Shown here one piece after another: positions 18,167-28,161 of a stretch of DNA of 64,000 nucleotides. Positions within the stretch are counted from its first letter, which is position 1. Every line of letters begins with the position of its first letter. The notes under the pieces were generated by a model. The model was not told the origin of the DNA. It saw only the letters and a program-made list of their open reading frames with translations, and did not search any database. The position numbers and the translations under genes are program-made. Location: the NCBI GenBank assembly GCA_046331565.1, contig JAXLQP010000001.1:2158347-2222346 (forward strand), read 5' to 3'. The stretch is from Blastocatellia bacterium. Lineage in GTDB: Bacteria; Acidobacteriota; Blastocatellia; RBC074.

Positions 18167-18417
18167 TTCACTATGAAGCTTTAAGCCAGAGCATTGGAAC
18201 TTTGGCTTCGTGTGAAGCCCGGCTTTAATCATCAGCCGCCACTTTATTAAAGCCACTGCGCCCGCATCGCGCAGACTTCCCTTCACCTGACCGGTTGCCG
18301 CTAAACTCACTGCCGTTGCGGACGACCCCGAATCCTCATCCGCAATCTCAGCAGCCCTCGGACTCATCACTGACAATCTGCGCCACCGGCTCAGCCAGGC
18401 CGCCGGGAATCTTTCGC

Positions 18418-19520
18418 ATGAAACGAAACACTGTCATCACTGCGTTCATTGCCATCCTCATCATCCTTGTCCTGACCACTTTCATCGCCAGGCATTCAGT
18501 CAGAAAACCGGACACTCAGCCGTCGTCTGGGCTGGTGCAGAAACCTGCTCTGCCTGACAGCGGCGAACCGCACATCGCCACGACCTCTGCAACGCCGACT
18601 GAGATTGGGCAAAGTTCCGGTCACGCAGGAACGCCGAAGCCCGTTCACGATTCAGCCGAACTGAGCGACGCCATCACCCGCGAAGCGTCAGAAGCCGGTC
18701 ATCAGCGCGAAGCTTATGATCAGCCCGGCGAGGCCGCTGAGTTCTATCGCCTCAAACGTGTGCCTGAAGGTGAAAAGTACGTGCCGGTCGAACGTTACGG
18801 GCCGCCACGACCGTTTCAGCCGCGAGCTACGCGAGTTCTGAACTTTCAGGCGAAGCGATTGCCGCCGCTTTCGGAACCGGCCTGGCAACAGGGACACAGG
18901 ACGCGACGACGCTGCCGCTGCCGACCACGCTGGCCGGAACGACCGTCAGAGTGCGCGACAGTCGCGGCATTGAACGACTCGCTCCGCTCTTTTTCGTCTC
19001 ACCATTGCAGGTCAATTATCAGCTTCCAGCCGGAACCGCTGCCGGGCCTGCGACTGTGACCATCACCAATGCCGACGGCAGCATTACGACCGGAGCAGTA
19101 AATGTCATCGCGGCTTCGCCAGGACTGTTTTCCGCCAACGCATCGGGCAGCGGCATCGCTTCAGCACTGGTCTTCAGAATCAAAGCCGACGGGTCGCAGA
19201 GTTATGAACCCGTCGCGCGATACGATGCAGCGCAGAAAAAATTCATCGCCGTGCCGATTGATCTGAGCAACGCTTCAGAGCAGGTCTTTCTGGTGCTCTT
19301 TGGCACAGGCATTCGCGGGCGCAGCGCGCTCTCAGCCGTCACAGCACAAACTGGTGGCGCTGATTGTGAAGTGACCTGCGCCGGGCCGCAGGGCGGTTTT
19401 GTCGGACTCGATCAGGTCAATGTGCGGCTGCCGCGCACGCTCGCCGGTCGCGGCGAGGTGAATATTCAACTCACAGTTGATGGGAGAACAGCAAATCCTG
19501 TCCAGGTCAGAGTTCAGTAA
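18418..19520 (+). pseudogene. Frameshift-disrupted gene: N-terminal membrane anchor (frame A, 18418 to about 18800) plus C-terminal TIGR03437-like 'Solibacter C-terminal' domain (frame B, about 18774 to 19520).
   Basis: Track ORFs 18295..19059 and 18951..19520 are in different frames. Frame B is open from 18774 and reads ...[52 protein letters not shown]..., which is the domain start. The frame-A tail becomes Arg-rich nonsense. Confidence 0.45.
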
Positions 19521-19838
19521 TCTGATCAGCCCACAGAAGTGATGTCGGGCACGCACTGACAACCGATTGATCTGAATCCGGGGAACGAGATCGTGCAGAA
19601 CAAAGTGCGGGCAGGATCTGGCAACCAGACCTTATTGATCAGCTATGAGGTTGTGCACGCCTGATCAGGCCGCGAAAACGGAGACCTGAAACTATTCTTC
19701 TTCCTGCACTCGTTAATGACGGAAGACTGGCAGACACTACAGGCCGGGCGTCGCAGCCGGACGGCCTGTGCCGCAGAAAGATTGTTCCGGCTGGTTTCGC
19801 AGCTCCGGCCTGATAATCTGTTTCGGGTAATGCTGAAA

Positions 19839-20606
19839 CTATTTTGCAGCCTCTCTGACACCGGGCTGTTTTTTATTCTCCTGCAATTGCACCTGCAAGC
19901 CTTCCTGACCGGTTCTGAGCTGATTGCTGATGTCCTGCACGCCCGACACTGATTCGGCCAGGTCTTCAGCCAGGCGTTTTGACTGCCTGGTATCAACTCT
20001 GCCGGTCAGGGTCACCAGACCATCGCTGACACGCACTTCAATATCCGCAGCGTCAAGGTCAGGATGCCCGGTCAGCCGGTCGTTGATGTCTTCAGCAATG
20101 CGCTCATCCGGGCGTTTGTAATTCTTCGGCCCGCGTCCGGCGTAATTTCCCTGCCTGCGGCGATCATCACGGCGAGCCGTTTCTGAAGCTCCGGCGTAGC
20201 GGCCTTCGGGACTGTAGTAACCACCGACGATGCCCCGGCTGCCTTCACCGCGCGCTCCGCCGTAAATGTTTGAATTGCCCGGATCGTAACCCCGGCCTGT
20301 CACTTCACCAAAAGCCCCGCCCCAGGAGCTTTCGCGGCCATAACCCGCGCCTTCCGATTCACCGTAAGTTCCGCTGTAACCTTCGCGCCCGTAACCGGTG
20401 TCGCGCCGGTACTGCTCTGCGGCCTCTTCATCAAAATCATAGCGGCCACGAAATGCGCCGCGTGATTCAATGCCCTGCAATGGCCTGCGGCCAAAGCCCT
20501 GACGGTCATCCTGAAGTTCCCGCCGCCGCTGCCGCTCACTTTCTGATCGTTCAGCCTCATAGCCGCTGCTGTAACCGCGTTCGTGATTATCGTAACGATT
20601 CACCAT
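19839..20606 (-). CDS. BON-domain protein with a G/Y/R/E-rich low-complexity N-terminal region.
   Basis: C-terminal DINDRLTGHPDLDAADIEVRVSDGLVTLTGRVDTRQSKRLAEDLAESVSGVQDISNQL is a BON domain. The N-terminal 160 aa are GYGRE/GRGY-rich. Confidence 0.55.
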   Translation of the reverse strand: MVNRYDNHERGYSSGYEAERSESERQRRRELQDDRQGFGRRPLQGIESRGAFRGRYDFDEEAAEQYRRDTGYGREGYSGTYGESEGAGYGRESSWGGAFGEVTGRGYDPGNSNIYGGARGEGSRGIVGGYYSPEGRYAGASETARRDDRRRQGNYAGRGPKNYKRPDERIAEDINDRLTGHPDLDAADIEVRVSDGLVTLTGRVDTRQSKRLAEDLAESVSGVQDISNQLRTGQEGLQVQLQENKKQPGVREAAK

Positions 20607-20791
20607 AATCTGCTCTGCCTTTCAATCGCGCCGAAAAGTGCCAGGCGAAACACACGTGCAGCATCGCCGTGCAGACACCTGTCGGCGCTTCATTCACATT
20701 CAGGGAACAACCTGCCCGTCTGGTGACGGTGCAAGATCAGGGCCACAGACCATCGGCAGCAATCAGGCGATTTGTGATCGGGCAGGTGAGG

Positions 20792-21451
20792 TCAGTCAGT
20801 TGCCTGCCATCGTTCGTGCAGGCGCAGCGAGTTGAGGTAATCGTGAATGAGGCCGCTGTCAGTGCTTTCCAGCAGCGCGGCAATGTCGGCAGGGTCGTCA
20901 ATATCAAGCGCGATGCGCGGCAGATCGAGCAGTTCACAACGGGCGTTGCAGTGTTTCGCTTCAGCCTGGTGTTTGCTCAGACTGTGCGGGCCGAAATGTG
21001 ACGGGAACAGATCAGGCGGCGTGCGCGCAATGGCATTGGTTCCCGTGCCGTCACGCGATGGCGCCATCACGGTCGAAGGCTCATCACGCAGGCGCGCAAG
21101 AATCGCTTCAATATCGGCTGCCCTGACCAGCGGCAGGTCAATCGGCAGCCGCAGCACCGACCGCACGCCGCGCCCGGCCAGCACCCGCGAGCCGTAATCA
21201 ACCGATACGCTTTCTGAAATCTGCTCAGTCTCGGCAATCACTTCAAAGCCCGCCTGCCGCGCCAGGCGAATCGCCGGTTCATAAACCGTAACAATGGCCA
21301 CACCATCAATGCCACGCACCGCACGAGCTTCAGCAAAAGTCCGCTCCATCATCAGCCGCGCCAGTTCGGTGCGCTCCGGCTGAGTCATCAGTTTCTGCAA
21401 TCGCTGCTTGGCGCGCGCGAGGTCTTTGACAGGAATCAGCAGGTATTTCAT
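20792..21451 (-). CDS. cofC: 2-phospho-L-lactate / PEP guanylyltransferase CofC/FbiD-like (F420 biosynthesis), MobA-like NTP transferase fold.
   Basis: MKYLLIPVKDLARAKQRL..., RDGTGTNA, D.D.P.D motifs typical of CofC. Confidence 0.55.
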   Translation of the reverse strand: MKYLLIPVKDLARAKQRLQKLMTQPERTELARLMMERTFAEARAVRGIDGVAIVTVYEPAIRLARQAGFEVIAETEQISESVSVDYGSRVLAGRGVRSVLRLPIDLPLVRAADIEAILARLRDEPSTVMAPSRDGTGTNAIARTPPDLFPSHFGPHSLSKHQAEAKHCNARCELLDLPRIALDIDDPADIAALLESTDSGLIHDYLNSLRLHERWQATD

Positions 21452-21627
21452 CGGCGCTCAGAGTGCGACAGGCTCACCAGCGTGTCGCAGTTTTAATCAG
21501 ACTATTCTTTCCAAAGTCAGCGACAAGCTGCCAGCCAGAGAAAGCTGTCCAAAATCGTCGCGTCAGCGACTGAATGAGTTTAGCCCGGTCTTTCAAGGCC
21601 GGAACCAGGATGCTCACTGCCGACAGT

Positions 21628-21682
21628 CGCGTCAGCGACGGTTGAGTCTGCGCACCAGCCCGGCTCAACCGTCGCTGACGCT
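21628..21682. repeat. Perfect 18-bp-arm hairpin.
   Basis: gcgtcagcgacggttgag - 17 nt loop - ctcaaccgtcgctgacgc. A solo family-D half arm (gtctgttccgtcatc) lies nearby at about 21810-21830. Confidence 0.5.
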
Positions 21683-21854
21683 ACTTTCCCAATTTGCCAC
21701 TGGCTTCTTCCCGACTTGAAAGACCAGACTGAAGTCAGATGCCGCTTCAGCGGCGGGGAAGCAGACACCGTCCGGGTTCGGGCAGAGACTATCGGCTGCC
21801 AGCTTGTCGAACTTTCTGTTTCGTCTGTTCCGTCATCCCTGCTTTTCTTTTGGC

Positions 21855-23249
21855 CTACAGCGGCAACTTCAGTTTCGCTTCGCAGCCCGTGCCTGATTCA
21901 CTGTTTTCCAGCGTCAGCGTGCCGCCGTGCGCTTCGGCAATCTGACGACTCAGAACCAGGCCGATGCCGGAACCGCCGGGTTTGGTGGTAAAGAACGGCA
22001 CAAACAAATTCGATGTGCCTGACAGGCCAGGGCCTTCATCGGCAATGGTGATTTCCAGACGGCCTCTTTGTTTTGTCCAGTTCACCTGCACATTGCCGCC
22101 GGTTTCAAGCGAAGCTTCGACGGCGTTGCGCAGCAGGTTGATGAGCAGTTGTTCGAGTTGATCACCATCGGCCTGAATGGTCATTTCAGGCCCCGGCTGC
22201 AACTGCACCGTCAGGCGACGTTCGAGCGCGACGACGCGACTGATCAGTGCCGCAACATTCACCGGTTTGAAAGTCGGCTGCGGCAGGCGGGCGAGTTGCG
22301 CGTAGGCGCTCATAAAACGGCTGAGGGCTTCGGCCCGCGTTGAAATGACTTCCAGCCCGCGCCGCATATCCGCTTCCCAGTCATCAGCGCGGGGCGCACG
22401 CGACATAATCGAAGCCAGGCTGCCCGCAATTGATTTGATCGGAGTCAGCGAATTGTTCAGCTCATGCCCAAGCACCCGCACGATGCGCTGCCAGGCCTGA
22501 CGCTCTTCGTCGCGCAGCGCCTGGCTCAGATCGGTCAGCACCAGCAGGTGATGCGGGATGCCGTTTTCGTGAAACGTGCCGTGCCGCACGCCCCAGCGGC
22601 CAGCGCCACCGGGAAAGTTCAGTTGCCGCGTCGCCGGTTCGGTGTGACTGAGACAATCGCTCAGACCGAGTTCATCAGCGCGCAGACCGAGCAGGCGTTC
22701 TGCCGCGCGACCGAGCAGCTTTTCTCCGGCGCGATTGACCAGCCGCAACCGCTGTTCGCCATCAAAGGCAAAGACCGCGACTTCGATTTCGGCCATCACC
22801 GCCCGCAGCAGCGTGGTCGCCGCCAGCGCGTCCATCTTCTGCGCGCGCAGCGTGGTGTTGAGCGCATTCACTTCAGCCAGCAGTTCACCGAGCGCATCAT
22901 CAGGAACCGCATCGCGGGCGCGAATCGAATAATCCTCTTCGTGCAGGGCGGCAATCAGATTCGACACCGTTTGCAGCGGGCGAACCACGCGCTCACGCAA
23001 AGTCAGCGCAAACCCAAGCCAGCAACCCGTCATCAGCAGCGTCAGCGTCCATTGCACCTTGGCTGAAAAATCACCGCTCCATAACAAAACCAGCGCCACG
23101 ATGAGCGCGGGCAATCCCGCCAGCAGCGCCAGCATCAGCACCCGCTGATCGTGACTCAGTTTGCGGCGTGGACGCCTGCGCGCGCGCGCAGGAGCGCGTG
23201 ACGAAGCACGAACCACACTGGCCGGATTGTCGAGTTCGGATGACGCCAT
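21855..23249 (-). CDS. Sensor histidine kinase (NtrB/AtoS-like; 2 TM plus HAMP/PAS-like segment plus HisKA plus HATPase).
   Basis: H-box HELNNSLTPIKS; ATP-lid motifs DEGPG, GSGIGL. Confidence 0.75.
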   Translation of the reverse strand: MASSELDNPASVVRASSRAPARARRRPRRKLSHDQRVLMLALLAGLPALIVALVLLWSGDFSAKVQWTLTLLMTGCWLGFALTLRERVVRPLQTVSNLIAALHEEDYSIRARDAVPDDALGELLAEVNALNTTLRAQKMDALAATTLLRAVMAEIEVAVFAFDGEQRLRLVNRAGEKLLGRAAERLLGLRADELGLSDCLSHTEPATRQLNFPGGAGRWGVRHGTFHENGIPHHLLVLTDLSQALRDEERQAWQRIVRVLGHELNNSLTPIKSIAGSLASIMSRAPRADDWEADMRRGLEVISTRAEALSRFMSAYAQLARLPQPTFKPVNVAALISRVVALERRLTVQLQPGPEMTIQADGDQLEQLLINLLRNAVEASLETGGNVQVNWTKQRGRLEITIADEGPGLSGTSNLFVPFFTTKPGGSGIGLVLSRQIAEAHGGTLTLENSESGTGCEAKLKLPL

Positions 23250-23463
23250 GAAAAATTCAGCAGTGACACCGCAGGAAATCGCGCCTGAAAAAAGAGGGGT
23301 GAATTCACCACATAACGCTCAAAAGGTCAGGACAGGCCAGGAATATTTTTGCACCTTCTGCGCATTTTTGCGGTGAAACTGCTGTCCTGGATTCAGCGCG
23401 CATCCAGAGAATATGGCAGGCGGGAGTTGCTTTCAATCTGCCGTGCTTCATCCGCGCTCAGCT

Positions 23464-24840
23464 TCAGAGGCCGTATTTTTCGAGGCGGCGATACAGCGCG
23501 CTGCGGCTCAGGCCCAGGGCTTCAGCGGCCCGGCTGACGTTGCCATCGGCGCGAGCGAGAGCTTTTCTGATCAGCAGGCATTCAACTTCTTCAAGGCTCA
23601 GTTCCTCGATGCGCGTGGCGTGATCGCTTTCGCCGCGCAAGCCAAGATCAGTGGCGCGCACCCTGTGGCCGTTCGACATCAGCACGGCGCGCTCGACAGC
23701 GTGTTCAAGTTCGCGCACATTGCCGGGCCAGTGATATTCCCACATTGCCTGTATCGCGGCGGGTTCAAAGCCTTCGATCTTCTGCCGGTAACGATGCGAC
23801 TGCTGGCGCAGAAAGTAAGTGGCGAGCGGCGCAATGTCTTCGCGGCGTTCGCGCAGCGGCGGCAGGTGAATCTCAATCGTATTGAGCCGGAAAAACAGAT
23901 CGCGCCGGAAGTGTCCGGCTTCAACTTCGCCGCGCAGATCGGCATTGGTTGCTGAAATGATGCGCACATCAACGCGGCGCGTCTTTGATGAACCAACGCG
24001 CTCGAATTCGCCTGTTTCCAGCACACGCAGCATTTTCGGCTGCTGTGTGATCGGCACATTGGCGATTTCATCCAGAAACAGCGTGCCGCCATCAGCGAGT
24101 TCAAAACGCCCGACGCGATCAGCCCGCGCATCAGTGAACGCGCCTTTGACGTGGCCAAAGAGTTCGCTTTCAAACACGCCTTCGCTCAGACCGCCGACGT
24201 TGACCGTCACCAGCGGTTTGACGGCGCGTGATGAAGCCGCGTGCAGCGCCCTCGCCACGACGCCCTTGCCGGTGCCGTTTTCACCGGTAATCAGCACATT
24301 GGCATCTGACGGCGCGACGCGCGCAATGACTTCAAGCACGGGCTGCATGGCCGGAGATTCGGCAATCAGCGCGGGGCCGCGACTTTCACGCAGCACTTCA
24401 TTTTCGGCCTGCAATCGCTGTCCGTGCCGCAAAGCGCGGCTCAGTTCAATCTGCGTGCGCAGAATCGTCAGCAGCCGCGCATTTTCCCAGGGCTTCTGAA
24501 TGAAATCGCGCGCGCCGCGCCGCATCGCTTCAACGGCCACATCCACGCTGCCCCACGCCGTCATCACGACAATCGGCAGCGAAGCGTCAAGCTCATTCAT
24601 GCGCGTCATCAGATCCAGCCCTTCGCGGCCTGAGGTCGTGTCGCGGGCATAATTGAGATCAATCAGCGCGACATCAAATTCCTGTCCGGTCAGCAGGCTG
24701 ATGACTGCCGCCGGTGAAGCCGCCGATTCAATCTGCCAGCCTTCGCCCTTGAGCAGCAATCGCAGCGCCTCAAGCACGTCCTGCTGATCATCAGCAATCA
24801 GAATCCTGGGAGTCGTCGAGTTTTGAGAACCTGTTTTCAT
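23464..24840 (-). CDS. Sigma-54-dependent response regulator (NtrC family: REC plus AAA+ plus Fis-HTH).
   Basis: Receiver domain ILIADDQ..D..DLNY; Walker A GENGTGKG; GAFTDA motif; ESELFGH; C-terminal HTH. Confidence 0.85.
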   Translation of the reverse strand: MKTGSQNSTTPRILIADDQQDVLEALRLLLKGEGWQIESAASPAAVISLLTGQEFDVALIDLNYARDTTSGREGLDLMTRMNELDASLPIVVMTAWGSVDVAVEAMRRGARDFIQKPWENARLLTILRTQIELSRALRHGQRLQAENEVLRESRGPALIAESPAMQPVLEVIARVAPSDANVLITGENGTGKGVVARALHAASSRAVKPLVTVNVGGLSEGVFESELFGHVKGAFTDARADRVGRFELADGGTLFLDEIANVPITQQPKMLRVLETGEFERVGSSKTRRVDVRIISATNADLRGEVEAGHFRRDLFFRLNTIEIHLPPLRERREDIAPLATYFLRQQSHRYRQKIEGFEPAAIQAMWEYHWPGNVRELEHAVERAVLMSNGHRVRATDLGLRGESDHATRIEELSLEEVECLLIRKALARADGNVSRAAEALGLSRSALYRRLEKYGL

Positions 24841-24948
24841 TGGAGAAATTCCGGCGCAGTACCGGGAGCGTCAGCGACCTGGCCTCTTCAGCAGGCCGTT
24901 TCCGCCAGCACCAGGTCGCTGACGCTCCCGGTACCGCGCCACCTGTTT

Positions 24949-25620
24949 TTATGCCTGTTCGTTGACGATCCAGCCGTCGCGCAGCCTGATGACGCGGTTG
25001 CCGTAAGCGGCATTCGCTTCCGAGTGCGTCACCTGAATAATCGTCGTCCCCTGCGCGTTCAGCTTTCTGAACAGTTCCATAATTTCCTGTCCCTGAGCGG
25101 TGTGTAAGTTGCCGGTCGGTTCGTCGGCCAGAATCACTTTCGGGCTGGCGATAATGGCCCGCGCCACGCCGACCAGTTGCTGCTGACCGCCCGAAAGCTG
25201 ATTCGGGTAAAGATCCTTTTTCCCCACAATCTGAAACCGGTCGAGAATGTCACCCACGATGGCATCACGCTCGGATTTTTTGTAGTTGCGATAAGAGAGC
25301 GGAATTTCCAGGTTTTCAGCCACCGTCAGATGATCGAGCAGGTGGTAGCTTTGAAAAACAAAGCCGATATTCCGGTTGCGCACTTCGGCGCGATCCTTTG
25401 GTTTGAGTTTGTGAATCGGCTGCTCGAAGAAAGTGTATTCGCCCTGCCACACGTTGTCGTGCATGCCCAGAATGTGCAGCAGCGTTGATTTGCCCGCGCC
25501 CGACGGCCCCATAATCGAAACGAACTCGCCTTCTCTGATTTCAGCGTCAACGCGGCGCAGTACCCAGAATTTATTGACTCCGTGTTCATAGACCTTTTCG
25601 ATGTTGCGAAGTGTAATCAT
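24949..25620 (-). CDS. ABC transporter ATP-binding protein (LolD/MacB-type ATPase).
   Basis: Walker A GPSGAGKST, signature LSGGQQQ, Walker B ILADEPTGNL, H-loop. Confidence 0.8.
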   Translation of the reverse strand: MITLRNIEKVYEHGVNKFWVLRRVDAEIREGEFVSIMGPSGAGKSTLLHILGMHDNVWQGEYTFFEQPIHKLKPKDRAEVRNRNIGFVFQSYHLLDHLTVAENLEIPLSYRNYKKSERDAIVGDILDRFQIVGKKDLYPNQLSGGQQQLVGVARAIIASPKVILADEPTGNLHTAQGQEIMELFRKLNAQGTTIIQVTHSEANAAYGNRVIRLRDGWIVNEQA

Positions 25621-25641
25621 GCTTAAGCTCCGGTGTGGTGT

Positions 25642-26589
25642 TCAGTGCTGTGGTAAATGATCGTCGGGCCGTCCCGCCAGCCAGTGCATGACGTTGAGCA
25701 GGAACTGATGGTTCTGTTTTGCTGCGGGCGCATTCATCCCCATCGGCTGACGCTGCGGCCCGGCAAGCTGCGCCGAAAACATCGCGGCCTCGCCAAACAC
25801 GGCGACGCGGCCTTTACCGGCATTCAGCGTGGCACCCTGCAACCAGCCTTTGAGCGGCACGCGCTTCGTCTGTTCAGTGAACTGCCACGCTACTTCAGGT
25901 TCCAGCGAAACGAACGAATCGCTGAGCGTCATCAGCGGCCTCGCTGCGCCTTCGACGCGAAAGGCCGAACCGGTGAAGGATGCAACAGTATCAATTTTTT
26001 CAGCGGCGACGCTGCCATTGGTAATCGGATGATCGGCGAGCGAACCGTCAGCGCGGCGAAAGATATCAGGGCCGCCCTGCGTTTTGTCGCTGCGCGCAAA
26101 ACCATTGCTGAATCTGATGCCGAAAGCCGAAGCCAGTTTATCGGCTGCGCCGGGAAAGGGCATATGATCAACGATCAGCAGCAGCGCGCCGCCGCTTTGC
26201 ACCCATTCGCGCACGGCGGCAACTTCATCGTCAGTGAAGGCCGATGGTGTGGGCAGCGACCAGTCGCCTTTGCCGTTGCGTTCATTGAGCGCATTGGCAA
26301 TCACCAGAATTTTCGCCTCGCGCAGCGAATCTCTGGAAAATTTCGCGGCTGAACCTTTGACCACAAAACCATCGCGCCTGAGCAGTTCGGCAAAAGGCAG
26401 ATAACGCCCGCTCGCCGTGTGAAAGTTGAAATGCGCCTCATCAATCAGCACCAGCGGCCCTTTGCCCTGACCATAAGCCGGGCGCTCAATCGGCGGGCGA
26501 TAATCAGTATCAGCGACCTGCTGCGCCATCACAAATGCACACAGCGAGAGCAGCGCCGCAACTGTCACAAGGATTTTCCGGTGTGTCAT
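25642..26589 (-). CDS. Secreted DUF4350-like protein (ABC-system accessory, GldG-like).
   Basis: Signal peptide [24 protein letters not shown]. Immediately upstream of the ABC ATPase in the same orientation. Family assignment from memory, weak. Confidence 0.4.
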   Translation of the reverse strand: MTHRKILVTVAALLSLCAFVMAQQVADTDYRPPIERPAYGQGKGPLVLIDEAHFNFHTASGRYLPFAELLRRDGFVVKGSAAKFSRDSLREAKILVIANALNERNGKGDWSLPTPSAFTDDEVAAVREWVQSGGALLLIVDHMPFPGAADKLASAFGIRFSNGFARSDKTQGGPDIFRRADGSLADHPITNGSVAAEKIDTVASFTGSAFRVEGAARPLMTLSDSFVSLEPEVAWQFTEQTKRVPLKGWLQGATLNAGKGRVAVFGEAAMFSAQLAGPQRQPMGMNAPAAKQNHQFLLNVMHWLAGRPDDHLPQH

Positions 26590-26651
26590 CAACAGTTCTC
26601 CTGACGATTTCATTCTGAACGTTCGCACCACAGCGATTCGCCGCCTGACAG

Positions 26652-26675
26652 CCTGTTCCAACCCGTGTGCCACGA
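26652..26675 (-). promoter_or_regulatory. Possible sigma-54 promoter (TGGCAC-N5-TTGG on the minus strand) upstream of the DUF4350-ABC-RR-HK gene string.
   Basis: Minus strand reads tcgTGGCACacgggTTGGAacagg about 60 nt upstream of the start codon. The -12 element has GG instead of the consensus GC. Confidence 0.2.
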
Positions 26676-26858
26676 CATTAACTGCGGCTAAATCCAATGC
26701 CTGAGTTGAGTCTGTTCACGATTATAAAACCCGCCGCCGAAAAAGTGTCCGTTTTTGGGATGACTGAATCCCGGAAACGAGAGTCACACCCGGATGTTCG
26801 CCAATTCAAAGCTCCCGACACAAACCAACCGGCTGATTATCCGGCCTCACTGTCTGCG

Positions 26859-26992
26859 GAGCGGGCGACAGAACAGGCATTTCCAGCGCAAAGAGACAAA
26901 GAGACACAGACAAACTGTCAGCCCTTTTGCGTTCTTTGTTTCTTTGCACTGGAGATGTCTCCGGTGACCGGGTCATTGAATGCTTATCACTA
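26859..26992. repeat. MITE-like element, family C, copy 1 (intergenic).
   Basis: gagcgggcgacagaacaggcatttccagcgcaaagagacaaagagaca...ttttgcgttctttgtttctttgcactgg...cattgaatgct. Second copy at 47667-47800. Track ORF 26697..27305(+) is an artifact spanning it. Confidence 0.65.
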
Positions 26993-27237
26993 CAAGACGA
27001 ATACCTCACAGTCCGCAGTTTTGAATCACGACCTGATTTATTTTCGCGCTGATTTCGGTTCGGTTCGTTGGCGTACTGACTGGCAGGCCGCCCTCAGGGC
27101 AGCATGCGCCCAACACGAGGAACAAAGGAAAGCACCAGGCTTAAGGCTGGACGACCTGACGACCTTCTGTGCAGTCCAGCCAGTCCGACCCGCCTGCGGT
27201 GCTTTCCTTTTGATTTATTCGCCGGAGGTTTTCATTT

Positions 27238-28161
27238 ATGACCGAAGTGCAGGATCAGCCGAAACCACCCTTCCCCGCGCAGCATCAGCGCAAGCCGGGC
27301 CTTGAATCCGAACTTGACCCGCGTCCGCATTACGAGGCTCCCGAATACAAAGGTTCGGGAAAATTGCAGGGCCGGGTGGCGCTGATTACGGGCGGCGATT
27401 CGGGCATTGGCCGCGCCGTCGCCGTGCTGTTTGCGCGCGAGGGCGCAGATGTGGCGATTATTTATTACTCCGGTGAACAGCGCGATTATTACGCCGATGC
27501 CGATGGCGCGCCGCTGCCGCCTGAACAGAGCGACGCCGAAGAGACACGCAATGCCATTGAGATTGAAGGCCGCCGCGCCCTGCTGCTGCCCGGTGATGTG
27601 AGCGATCCGGCCTTCTGCACTGAAGCGGTCGAACGGACGGTCGGTGAATTCGGGAAACTTGATATTCTGGTCAACAACGCGGCCTTTCAGCAGCATCAGC
27701 CGGGCCTCGAAGCGTTGTCGGATGAACAGTGGGATCACACATTCAAAACGAACATCTACGGTTACTTTCATCTGTGCAAAGCCGCGCTGCCGCACCTTGC
27801 GCCGGGCAGCGCCATCATCAACACCAGTTCCACCACCGGACTTGAAGGCAGCAGCCACCTGCTCGATTATTCGGCCACCAAAGGCGCAATCAACGCCTTC
27901 ACCAAATCGCTGGCGCAGAACCTGACCGAAAAAGGCATCCGCGTTAATGCCGTCGCGCCTGGCCCGGTGTGGACGCCGCTCAATCCTGCCGATCAGTCGC
28001 CCGACAAAGTGGCGAAATTCGGTCAGGACACGCCGATGAAACGCCCGGCTCAGCCCGAAGAGATTGCTCCGGCCTATGTCTTTTTTGCGTCACCGGCTGA
28101 TTCGAGTTACATCACGGGTGAAGTGCTGACGCTGACCGGAGGCGAAACGATGGCTGCGTGA
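27238..28161 (+). CDS. SDR-family oxidoreductase (YghA/YdaD general-stress type).
   Basis: Rossmann TGGDSGIGRA, NNAAF, catalytic YSATKGAI..K motif. N-terminal extension typical of the YghA family. Confidence 0.8.
   Translation: MTEVQDQPKPPFPAQHQRKPGLESELDPRPHYEAPEYKGSGKLQGRVALITGGDSGIGRAVAVLFAREGADVAIIYYSGEQRDYYADADGAPLPPEQSDAEETRNAIEIEGRRALLLPGDVSDPAFCTEAVERTVGEFGKLDILVNNAAFQQHQPGLEALSDEQWDHTFKTNIYGYFHLCKAALPHLAPGSAIINTSSTTGLEGSSHLLDYSATKGAINAFTKSLAQNLTEKGIRVNAVAPGPVWTPLNPADQSPDKVAKFGQDTPMKRPAQPEEIAPAYVFFASPADSSYITGEVLTLTGGETMAA

Noticed and set aside
19847-19885. Hairpin plus T-tract (cagcc..ggctgttttttatt) resembling a plus-strand terminator.
   Set aside because: It lies inside the 3' codons of the minus-strand BON gene and 330 nt from the nearest plus-strand gene end. 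The stem is weak.
26697-27305. 202-aa ORF in the intergenic region between the DUF4350 gene and the SDR gene.
   Set aside because: It spans the MITE-C copy and has no RBS or domain. It is most likely a high-GC open frame.
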